Source of the DNA: Octopus vulgaris
Taxonomy: Eukaryota
Direction: 5' to 3'
DNA: 64,000 bases
NCBI GenBank assembly: GCA_951406725.2
Contig: OX597821.1
Span: forward strand, 69,688,001-69,752,000
Part shown: positions 41,697 through 53,172 of the stretch, one piece after another
Layout of the letters: the number at the start of each line of letters is the position of its first letter
Position numbering within the stretch: the first letter of the stretch is position 1
Notes under the pieces: generated by a model
Database searches by the model: none
What the model was told of the DNA's origin: nothing
The model's input: only the letters and a program-made list of their open reading frames with translations
Made by a program: the position numbers and the translations under genes

Positions 41697-41865
41697 GGGA
41701 GAATTCACGAAAAAAAACACAAGACGAAGACAGGTGGTGTAGAAAATAAAAAGATATATTAGTATAACGCTCGGGAATTGAAAAAGTCTTTAACGTTTCG
41801 AGTATACACTCTTCTACAGAAAGGAACACAGAAAGAAACAAAGAGAGAAAAATGTGTGTAGTAGC

Positions 41866-41866
<1 letters not shown>
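41697..41866 (-). mobile_element. Family C short element with variant hammerhead-like motif
   Basis: Minus cttt-CTGTAGA-A-gagt(gtat)actc-GAAAC-GTT-aaag at 41788-41823; TA/CA flanks. Confidence 0.72.
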
Positions 41867-41897
<31 letters not shown>

Positions 41898-41911
41898 GAC
41901 ACACACACACA

Positions 41912-41965
<54 letters not shown>

Positions 41966-41967
41966 AT

Positions 41968-42442
41968 TTTAAGAATGTAGTTGTGAAAAGCCGGAACAAT
42001 GCGAGAATGTACAAAGTAAAAAAAATTGAAAAAATTGAAAAGAAAAGCGGTGGTTGGAAAACCTTTGTTTGCTCAGAGGTGCGTGTGTGTTGTGGGGAGG
42101 AAGGTGACATGCGCGGATGGCTGTTGTCGTAACATCCGATCTGCTTCATGTAGTACCTTGCTGTTGTTAATGGCAGGACTTACACGAAGCAGAGTAGATG
42201 CTATAACAACAGCCGTCTGCGTATGTCACTTTACTCCTTCTTCACCTGTCCCTTCCTCAACACACTTCTGAGCAACAAACTTTTTCCAACCACCGCTTTA
42301 CCGAATGCCCTGAAGAAGGGCTTTTCACCCCGAAATATAGAAATACAAGGTAAAACTGCAAATTTCTCCTGTTTTCTTTTTAGTTTTGTCATTTACTTTG
42401 TAACTTCTCGCGTTGTTCCGGCTTTACACAACTACATTCTTT
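41968..42442. mobile_element. Family E inverted-repeat element with hammerhead-like motif in right arm only
   Basis: 41970-42020 inverted at 42391-42442; 42044-42062 inverted at 42280-42299; CTGAAGA-A-ggg..ccc-GAAATATA at 42310-42339. Confidence 0.7.
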
Positions 42443-42508
<66 letters not shown>

Positions 42509-42614
42509 ACACATATATATATACATCCATATATATACATGTATATATATATATACATCTATATGTATACATCTATCTATATATATATATATAAATGTAA
42601 ATTTAAATTTAAAA

Positions 42615-44240
42615 TAATAAGGGTGAAAATTTGAATATTAATTTGATTAATATGATTTGAAAACCAGTGGTGTAGCATATAAGACCATAGCGGATCTTCT
42701 AGCTAAATAGATGTCCACTGTTAATGGTTCATCCCTGTTATATAATAGTTTCACTTTAATAGTTTCACTTTAATAGTTTCAGTATTAAACTGAAAGCATC
42801 TGACATTACAACAGAGAGATGTTTTTGCTTCACTTTTAACACGTAATACTGAAATAGTGGAGAAGATATGATATTGCTGTGGGCTCGCCCTAGACAAGAT
42901 GTTACAAATTGTTTTGCTCATGACACTATATGGACCCTAAGTAAGGCATTTGTAAAATTTGAATGAAATTGGTTGTGTAGTTCTCAAGTTTTAGGGATTC
43001 ACACAGACAGACACACATTCTCAGTTTTATATATATAGATACTAGCGTGTATATATGTGTATATATATGTGTACATATTACATGTACATCTATATATATA
43101 CATCTACACATAAAATACAAAATACAAAGTTATATCTTGATATCGCTAGTGATAACAATACTCAAAATATATAACAGACTGGAATTGCAGGCACGTCTCT
43201 TGCAATTTCGATCAATTGTATCTTGTCCTCCCTCTTGTATAGAAGAGTGGCTACAATCCAGCCTACCTCTACTTCTGGGAGGGCATTTTTAATTTTTATC
43301 CGGGACGTCCTACGTCCCAGATATAAAGGTAAAAATAAAATATTTCCACTTTGCAAGGTTCGAGTCGAGTACTACCTTGCACGCTCCGTTGACTCGATCC
43401 TTGCTTCTAATGTGGCGAATTTACCGCCTCTGGTTAGATATCTTTCATAGTCGCACCAAGACACTTTTCAATGGTGCTTTCCTCCAGGTGTTCAATTTTT
43501 TTTCTCTACATTGTATACTTTATAGACAGTAGTCTTTTCTTTAATTTAATTTTTTTTTATTTTGTTTGGTGGTGTTATCCTAGATTCACCGACTTTGTCG
43601 GTGATCAATCCGAAATAGGTCTGTATTTCTTCCATTTTAATTTTAATGAGTTCGCGCCCGCCGACGACTGCAGCAAAATTCTTTTTTGGACTTTCATCCA
43701 TCGAAGACATTTTAACAAAAATGCTTCCGTTTAAACGATGAAAATATTGTCAATTTCCCCAAACAGGGACACAATTCAATTTTTAAACAATAACCAAAGT
43801 TCTTTCTTCCAAAGGGAGAGGGTTACGGCTTACAATTATTTAACAAATGCAACACAACAACGTTTCCCTTACGCGGAACCAACAAACGTGATAACAATAG
43901 TTAAACAGTAATAATAATAACAACAAACCTTACGTTGAATCAAAAAGCAGTACTCAGTTGAAGCTATAGTCCTTTATGGATAATAAATAAACCAACAGCA
44001 GTACTCAATAGAAGCGGCTGTTCGAGAAAACAGCCATTACATACAGCCAAACTTCATATAGATACCTAATGCTAGCTAATTAGCAGATAATCTAATGTAA
44101 AAGCCGTGGTAAACGGTATGTGCACACCTGCATCTGGACTATTCCATTTCTGCACATTAATTTTATTTTTGATTTATTCCCATTCATGTGAAACCACTTA
44201 TTCAAGTTCAAGTCATTGATGCAATTTTATACCAATTGCT
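42615..44240 (-). mobile_element. Head-to-tail pair of partial Helitron-like copies
   Basis: 42615-43039 matches 31870-32306; 43046-44240 matches 31320-31857 with extra segments; minus-strand junction CTAG-TA-TCTATATATATAAAA. Confidence 0.75.
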
Positions 44241-44319
44241 ATTTTTACTTTAAAGTGTTATGTTACGATTTAATTATTATATTATACTTTAGTTTGATTT
44301 TAATTATTACTTACTACAT

Positions 44320-44590
44320 ATAATTCAATTCAAGGAACACAAAGGAGTGACAGAGAGAGGGAGAGGACAAATGGAAAGACAAGAAAAGACATCAACAAGA
44401 AACTATGACAGTACAACCAGCCAGGCAATGTCCTCACTACATTTGCGGCACCTGCCAGAGGGAGTGTTTGCCCCGGATAGGACTACACAGCCACAGCAGG
44501 AGATGTATTATGACATAAAATGTAAAAACCGGACTAGATTATTTTATGCGCAACTCCATTGTCTCCCGAGACAAAAAGGATACCTATTTC
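44320..44590 (+). mobile_element. RTE LINE 3' end
   Basis: YICGTCQRECLPRIGLHSHSRRC and tail ccattgtctcccgagac. Confidence 0.85.
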
Positions 44591-44875
44591 GTGGACAGGA
44601 ACTGAAACAAATCAATCGTATATATATGTATGTATATATGTAAGTGTATGTGTGTGTCTTTGTATCTGTATTTCGCCCTCATCACTGCTTCACAACTGCT
44701 TTTCATTTATTTACATCCACATAACTTACTGGTTTCACAAGAACAAAATAATAGAATAAGTACCAGGCTTATCCACATAAAAAAAGCACTAGGCTGTGTC
44801 TCATATTTTTGTTTGCCAAATCAGTTGGATCTATCAATTTATCTTTGTACGAGTGTGTATATATCTATCTATCTA

Positions 44876-44955
<80 letters not shown>

Positions 44956-44956
44956 C

Positions 44957-44989
<33 letters not shown>

Positions 44990-44994
<5 letters not shown>

Positions 44995-46262
44995 ATAATA
45001 CCCTAATGGGAGTCTTAACTAGGTCAAAAGTACTGAATGGATCTTTATGAAAGTTGTAAATTATATTCTATGCGTAAGGGTCATAACCCCCATGACAATT
45101 CATATATCTTTGCTGTTGATGAAATTTTAACCATAGATATTAGACACAAATGAAGTAATATTTATAAAATTTCATCTTCTTACAAGTTAAAACGACCTAT
45201 TTATGGGGACTTAACACCCACAATTTTGTCATTTTATCTAAGCAAAAACGAATAGTTGTACTCTTGGAAGCTGTGGGGTCATCCGAGCATAGAAGATGAG
45301 GCATTATTTCTAATTCAATGGTACAACAGTGTAACAGTTTGCTTTGACATACTCCTAGATTGTGATTTCTGCAATGTGCTGCATATATTATCAAGTAAAT
45401 GAGAGGCAACTTTGCCTCCACTGATTCAGTTGCAAAGTGTTGAGTAAAGATTTTTTTCAGTCTTTTTATTATCACTCGGTCACACATAGTCCCCAGATGG
45501 TAACATTGATTTCTAGGCCTTCCCTGATGAGTGACTGGTTATTCAGAGACATTTATAGATTGTAAATATATTCTGTCCAGTTACGTATCAGTATAGTGGT
45601 CATTTGCAAACTCCAGAGGTGACACTTTCATCTCTCCTTAGCCCTCAAGTCACACAGTTGTTAATGTTTTTTCCAGTTGGGTCACGCCCTTCCAATTGCT
45701 ATAGATTCGCAATGCATCTTACGGCTTTGCCTGTCACCTGGACGGTGAGGAATCCTACACTGGGAGTGATAACAACTAGGGTAAGGTAACTGACTGTTTA
45801 TTGTGATCATTCATCTTTTGGTTTCCTGTAGCTTTGCTCCCTTTTACAAACCAGTGAACATATATTTCCAATTTCAAAGAAATTCAAATGATAGATATAA
45901 GACCCAAGTTTAAAAAATTCTCAACAATTCAACTTCTCTAGTTGACATTAAGCTGCCCACCCTCGACAGGGTCCTTAACTCTCACATTTTAGAGCTCTAT
46001 GACCTCCATTTTTCAGGAGCAAAATCCTTTTAACAGGTTCTATAAGACTGGAATTTTGGAATATGCGCATAAAAATCAGTAGTATGGGATACATGTGACA
46101 CGATTAAAATTTTGTTTGGGTGTGTAAAGAGGGAAATAACCCTCATCTGCAATTTTGATAAAATTCGAAGCATAGGTATTCCAGTTCATTACAGAAAATA
46201 TAACAGAAAAATGTAATTCTTCAACTGTATGTAACTCGGGCAACGCCGGGTAACTCTGCTAG
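44990..46262 (+). mobile_element. Non-autonomous Helitron
   Basis: 3' hairpin ctcgggcaacgccggg + CTAG|T at 46259-46263; putative 5' TCTATATAATA at 44990 (less certain). Confidence 0.65.
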
Positions 46263-48020
46263 TTTCCTTTAAGGCAATACTCATTTACTGTTCCATCACC
46301 GGTCAATAATTATCGTAGCAATTGCAAGGTAAAATATAAAATTCTTTGTCTCTCTGTAATAATTATTTTATTTCGTTAATTTACACTGCATACAAAAATA
46401 GACATACTATGTACGGTACGGTATTAAATACACACACACACACACATCTACACATACATATACATACCTGAAGACTGACATGCGTGAAGTGCGGGCTGGC
46501 CAGTGTCAACACACACACATCTACACATACATATGCATACCTGAGGACTTGATTTATTTATTTATTAACCACATAGGGTCGAAACACAGCGGGCACAGCA
46601 CAAGGACAGACAAAACACAAAAGTAGGGGAAAAATAAAATCGAATGAAAAGAATGGTAATGATAAATGAAAAGGTGGAATGACCTCTACTCGAACCCCAA
46701 ACTCCAGCTAACGTCACTGAACGTTTTTATAAAAAAAAATTAACATGTGTTATTTTATTTTTGTCTCTTTCTCCTTGCTGTGTGTTGCTTATGTTATATA
46801 CTCAGAGGACGACTGACATGCGTGAAGTGCTGTCAGGCCAGTGTCAATACGAAATTTTATTTTCATTTCCATTAAAACAATACACGTTTACTGTTCCATT
46901 ACGAGTTAATAATTATCGCAGCAGTTGCAAAGTTGCAAGGTAAAATATAAAATTCTATGTCTCTCTAATAATTATTGTGATATTTACCGTTAAATTAGCA
47001 GTTCCATACATGTGCTATTTCGTTCCTTTGCTTATATTTCATTAATTTACTCTGCATACAAAAATACGGACATACTATATACATACAATTGCTTACAAAA
47101 ATAGAGATTAATGTATCTTCTTTCTATGTTCATTAGTTTTTGCTTACAATATTGAAAAATATGCCACCAAAGAAAAGACCCAATCTCTCTAGAAACACGT
47201 ATAAAGCGAGGATGATTGCAGAAAACCGAAAGCGAGTGTCTCAACAAGGAAAAGAGATGAGACTTTCTCAGGATCATCAGAGGCATGCTGCAGCATGTGA
47301 AATGGAGTCTCAAGAGAGAAAGGAGATGAGACTTTCCCAAGATCAGCTAAGGCATGCTGCAACACTTAATGCTGAATCATTAGAACAACGTTTAGCACGC
47401 CAGATCAAATAGATGTCCAATATAATAGCTCTCAGAAATAGACCACAGGCAAATTCGTTTTTCACAACACCAGGAGCTGCTTTCAAATATGATCCATCTC
47501 AGCCTTATAAAAACGGTAATTCTGTACAAACTGATATGCTACACTCAAATTGTCATTTCTGCAAAGATTTCAAATTTCCAAACGAAACTAATGGCATGTG
47601 CTGCTCAGACGGTGAGGTAAGATTGCCACCACTACCAGCTCCTCCTGAACCTCTTTCGGCAGTTCACTTCCCCGTCACCATCTCCCATTGCAGCCCGTTT
47701 CCAGAATGTACCCATTTACGTACAATATCTCTATTACACCTCCATTCATTTGACTGTTAACCATATGATGGGTCTTGTTAGACGCAGCGCTGACCGCCTC
47801 AAAGGCGACTATATCCACCAGAATTTTCCACGCTAGGTTAGGGCATGGAATCCTCCAAATGGATGTATTTCATGTCAATTAGTCGAATTAGACCATCATT
47901 TACTCCACAAATGTTTTGTCGTCAATGCTGCACTTTCCCACATCACCTGTTTCAACATAACTGTAATATATATAAACAAACTATACCATTTTAATCCCGA
48001 GCAACGCCGGGTAACTCTGC

Positions 48021-48023
<3 letters not shown>
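46263..48023 (+). mobile_element. Helitron deletion derivative with RepHel N-terminal remnant (47161-47660)
   Basis: AAFKYDP..CHFCKDFKFPNETNGMCCSDGEVRLPPLPAPPEPL; 3' hairpin cccgagcaacgccggg + CTAC. Confidence 0.85.
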
Positions 48024-48063
<40 letters not shown>

Positions 48064-48069
<6 letters not shown>

Positions 48070-48709
48070 TAAATAAATGGAGTTTAACGCAGGTGTAAAT
48101 CAAATATTTTTACTTTCGACACATGTTTCGAAAATTCCACTGATACTATTCAAAAGAATAAATGGTATAAACAATGCAATCTTCTCTTCAGGAAAGTGAA
48201 AAAAACGAAACTCGTCAATAAGACATTTTAGCAAAAAAATTGATGGATTTGTATAGCGATTGACTGAACGCTATTAATATTGTTTAAAAAAACGTTATAT
48301 GATATAACGTCATAAGTAGCTTACAGAAAGAGTAGGTATATTAATAGTGAATGTTAAATATAAAAGAAATTAAAGTTTAAATTATATATAATGATAGAGA
48401 CTACTTATGTGCACTATTAATAGCGTTCAGTCAATCGCTATACAAATCCATCATTTTTTGCTAAAATGTCTTATTGACGAGTTTCGTTTTTTTCACTTTC
48501 CTGTGTCGAAAGTAAAAATATTTGATTTACACCTGCGTTAAACTCCATTTATTTATTCATATATTATTCAAAATATTCCACGTAAACACGAAGTTTCTAC
48601 CTTTATAAACAAGGAGTTACAACCTCTTTACTTGTGAGATTTTTGCTACCCTGGTATCTATTTATTTATTTTTTCCGTGTTAATTGTTAACAAGGTAAAA
48701 ATACACCCA

Positions 48710-48712
<3 letters not shown>
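48064..48712. mobile_element. Family A fold-back element between (TA)n tracts
   Basis: Arms ~48064-48279/48414-48562, near-identical apart from a 67-bp deletion. Confidence 0.88.
48112..48197 (-). ncRNA. Type I hammerhead ribozyme, intact core
   Basis: actttc-CTGAAGA-gaagatt..aattttc-GAAAC-atgt-GTC-gaaagt. Confidence 0.87.
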
Positions 48713-48778
<66 letters not shown>

Positions 48779-49197
48779 TAAAACGTTACTGGAGCAATGG
48801 TTCAACCAACCAACCAACCAATCAGCCAACGATGTTTTGGCTATTATTCTGTGAAATTGAACCTGATTAAATCTATCAACCAGTTGGGTCATGGTGGGAT
48901 GTGAATTCACAACGCCAAGAGCAGGAATAAATATAGCAAAGTCTCTCGCCTGACGTCCCTACAGTCCAGTCAATCCGCCGTCTCACCTCAATTATTGGTC
49001 TTTTATTAGTCACAAAAAAGTAAGAGGGAAATTTGACTTCAGCGTGATTTGATCTCATAAAGTAGAGAATCAGAACAAATACCACAAGGACATCTCTTCG
49101 ATATTCTAAAGACTCAGCCATGCACGAAATGATGAGATAATATACAAATAATATAAGCTAACAGAAAACCACCCAGAGGGTTGTGTCTCAGCTACCG

Positions 49198-49243
<46 letters not shown>

Positions 49244-49446
49244 CATATGTAAGAAAAGGGAAAGATGTGGAGAGAATAGTCTTTAAGTCCGTTACAGGAA
49301 ACGGTTTTAGAATGCTGCAATCGTAGATTTAATAAGCGAAAAACATGGCTGGACCAATAATAATGTGTAGCGGCATAGAGAGAAAAAAGAGACAAGATAT
49401 AAAATAATAATATAAAAAATGAGTGAAATAGCCAATATACCTAGAG

Positions 49447-49485
<39 letters not shown>

Positions 49486-49556
49486 GCACACACACACTTG
49501 TGTAAGTATGTAAGTATATACATATATACTTGTGCGTGTGTAAGTGCATGCGTGCA

Positions 49557-49596
<40 letters not shown>

Positions 49597-49999
49597 TGTG
49601 TGTATGTGTGTGTGTGTGTGTGTTTTCTAGCAAAAGCTTATTTTCCAAAATGAAAAGACGACGGCAAGTTTTGCTGAAACGCATTTCACTTTGGCTGCCG
49701 AGTTTCTAAATATTTGTCGCTAAACAATATTTACGGCTCCCTACAAAATATTGTTATTGTCACAAGCTTCATCTTGCACAACTCATTCGCATGCAAACAG
49801 GAATAAATGGATATAAAGAAAAACAAAAATACACTCTTCTCTCTTTCCCTTTCTCTCAGTCTCTCTGTTATACAACACGGACATATATTTTTACATAGAA
49901 GATTGTATGCATCATCATCATCATCATCACCATCATCCCATCTCTTATCCCCACTGTAATGTTCTAAATATTTCGCAGCCCTTGAGGCCAATAAAGTAA

Positions 50000-50057
<58 letters not shown>

Positions 50058-50186
50058 ATTATAGTTATCTCGACCATCATTACAGAAATATATATATAGT
50101 TTCTTGCGGTAGTTTCGGCCAGAGGCTTTTTTTTTACGCTTTAATTTTGTCACCGCATGTATGAATATATATGTATGTAATATATG

Positions 50187-50255
<69 letters not shown>

Positions 50256-50675
50256 TCATATATATGTATATGTACACATTATATGGATATGTATTATATT
50301 CCTGTGTACTCATAGATATACATATATGCACACATATACATTATATATATATGCATGAACACACAGACACCCGCATTGTATCTGTCTGTTTATTTCTCTC
50401 TCTCTCTCGCTCTCAAACTTATTCATTTTTCTTCCACAATATTTGATTCTCACAGAATTATTAACCAAACATGAAAAAAAATAAAGGAAAACAGAAAGTT
50501 GCATGGTTCAAACTTAGGAAGATCCATTTTACTAAAATATTGTTATTGTCAGATGTTTCATACAGGGTTGCAAGCATACGAAAGTCAACGTACAAGTACA
50601 CGTAGCTCCATACGTATAGACATACTTATGTGTGTTTGACTGTGTTTAATTACATATATATATGCATGAATAACC

Positions 50676-50716
<41 letters not shown>

Positions 50717-50926
50717 CTTTTATCCCTTACTTGTTTTAGTCATTAAACTGCTGTCATACTGGGGCACCGCATCGAAGAATTTTAGCCGAACGAATTGATC
50801 CCAGAACTTATTTTATCTGCTGTTGTGGCCGAAAAGTTAAGTCAAGGAGACGTAATCGAATCAACACCGGTTATCAAAAGTGATGAGGGATAAACACAGA
50901 CAGAAAGCCACACGCACGCTCACACA

Positions 50927-50979
<53 letters not shown>

Positions 50980-51320
50980 CGCATACATGTATCTAATGCT
51001 CACGAACTGTGCGAATGAGTGCTCTTTGTAGTTGTAGGTTAAGGCAGCTACCAATAATTTCAAACTTACCTGACTTTGGTCATTCGAGCATGCGCGTGTA
51101 TACAACTATTATTAGTAGCTGTATGCATGAACTATATTAAAGCAATACTGCGTATGATTTCTGTAACATTCGGTAATTAGCAGCTGAACTCAAGACTTTT
51201 TTCTAAGTTTAAAATGTAAGAGTGTTTTTGTTATCTACATTTCAACGAAGGAACTTTTCATCTTCGTAAGAAAGCAGCTCCTTCTTCAGAGGAAAAATTA
51301 AACTAATTAAAAACAGAAGA

Positions 51321-51680
51321 CATACATACATACATACATACATACATACATACATACATACATACATACATGCATGCATACATACATACATACATACATA
51401 CATACATACATACATACATACATACATACATACATACATACATACATACGTACATACATACATACATACATAATACATAATACATGCATACATACATACA
51501 TACATACATACATACATACATACATACATACATACATACGTACATACATACATAATACATAATACATACATACATACATACATACATACATACATACGTA
51601 CATACGTACATACATACATACATACATACGTACATACATACATACATACATAATACATAATACATGCATACATACATACA

Positions 51681-51715
<35 letters not shown>

Positions 51716-51750
51716 GATAGTTTAGAATGTACGATGAGAAGAATGCAACA

Positions 51751-51814
<64 letters not shown>

Positions 51815-51972
51815 CTATGTTTGACATTGGGAATGAAATACTGAGGGAGATGAGGCAGCGAGTGAAAGATGCTGAAATAGACACATAAGTGCGCATGTTA
51901 TTAAACCGACACGCATGCGCACACACACACAAACATACACAACCATTCACACACGAGCGTACACTTATATGT

Positions 51973-52017
<45 letters not shown>

Positions 52018-52175
52018 CATACATATATACATATATATACATACATATATACATATATATATATACATATATACATACATATATACATATATATATATAC
52101 ATATATATATATATACATACATATATACATATATATATATATACATACATATATACATATATATATATACATACA
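51321..52175. repeat. (ACAT)n, (GA)n and (TA/CA)n microsatellites
   Basis: Directly visible. Confidence 0.95.
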
Positions 52176-52204
52176 CGAGAATGAAGCAACAATAATGGAT
52201 AGGT

Positions 52205-52295
52205 TTTTAGTACAATCGTTTCATACAAGGACAGGTTTTATTAAAAGTTGCAAAAATTACAGCATATAAACGTGTCCCGTACTCATCAGCTAAAA
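52205..52295 (-). ncRNA. Hammerhead ribozyme in the inverted pLTR
   Basis: Reverse complement of 56167-56257. Confidence 0.85.
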
Positions 52296-53172
52296 TACAT
52301 GTGAGTTCTCTAGACATCCTAGTGGTTGAGGCTATACTCATGAAGTAATGTAGATAATTAAGTAACATAAACAGATTTCAAAAGTTCATTAAAGTTCTTT
52401 AAAGATGATGTACAGTCTTATCACAGAATTTTAAAAAAGTCTTAATAGCATCACAGAGAAGGTGACCTAATCCATAGTGCACATATGAATTTCCAGAGAT
52501 ATGATGAGGGATTACATACTCACAGAAGACAAATTTATCCATTGTTAATTACAACGAGGTGGGTTTCAATTCCTGCTTATTAGCATTACAGAGAGGGTGA
52601 ATTAATCCTTTGTATAGATGCACAATTTCCAATGGTGTAGGTGTAAATTTCCAAGGAATTTCATATTCACAGGCGATAAATTTATCAATGGTTGAACACA
52701 ATGAGGTAGGTATCAATTCTTGCTATATGATTAGGTATTTGCCACATTAATCACATTACTGCTATTTACAAGAGGCTGTAGCTATTTAACTTTTAAAGGC
52801 TGAAGGGCTTACTAGAGCTGTATAGAATAGAAAAGGGAAGGGCATAGAAGAAAAGAGAGAAAATAAAAGAGAGAAAATAAAAGAGGAGGGAGCAAAAGGG
52901 GGGGGGAAGGGGGACTCAAAGAGAAGAGAAAAGGAAAAAGAGAATAAGAAGAAGAAAAAGAAAAAAGAGAAAAGAGAAAGAAATAGGGAAGGAAGGGAAA
53001 AAAAGAAAAAGAAGAAAAAAAGAAAAAAGAAGAAGAAGAAAGAAAAAAGAAGAAGAAGAAAGAAAAAGAAAAAAAAAGAGGGTTCTAGTTATACAGAAGA
53101 ATTAGTAGACGACAAGAATTTGAAGATAAATTATGGACTAGAGCAGATACACCAAATTTTTTTGATATACCA

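Noticed and set aside
45525-45560. CTGATGA..GAGAC hammerhead-like string
   Set aside because: No GAAA, stem II out of register, no stem I
49745-50551. 18-bp direct repeat aaaatattgttattgtca
   Set aside because: AT-rich, and no identifiable element between the copies
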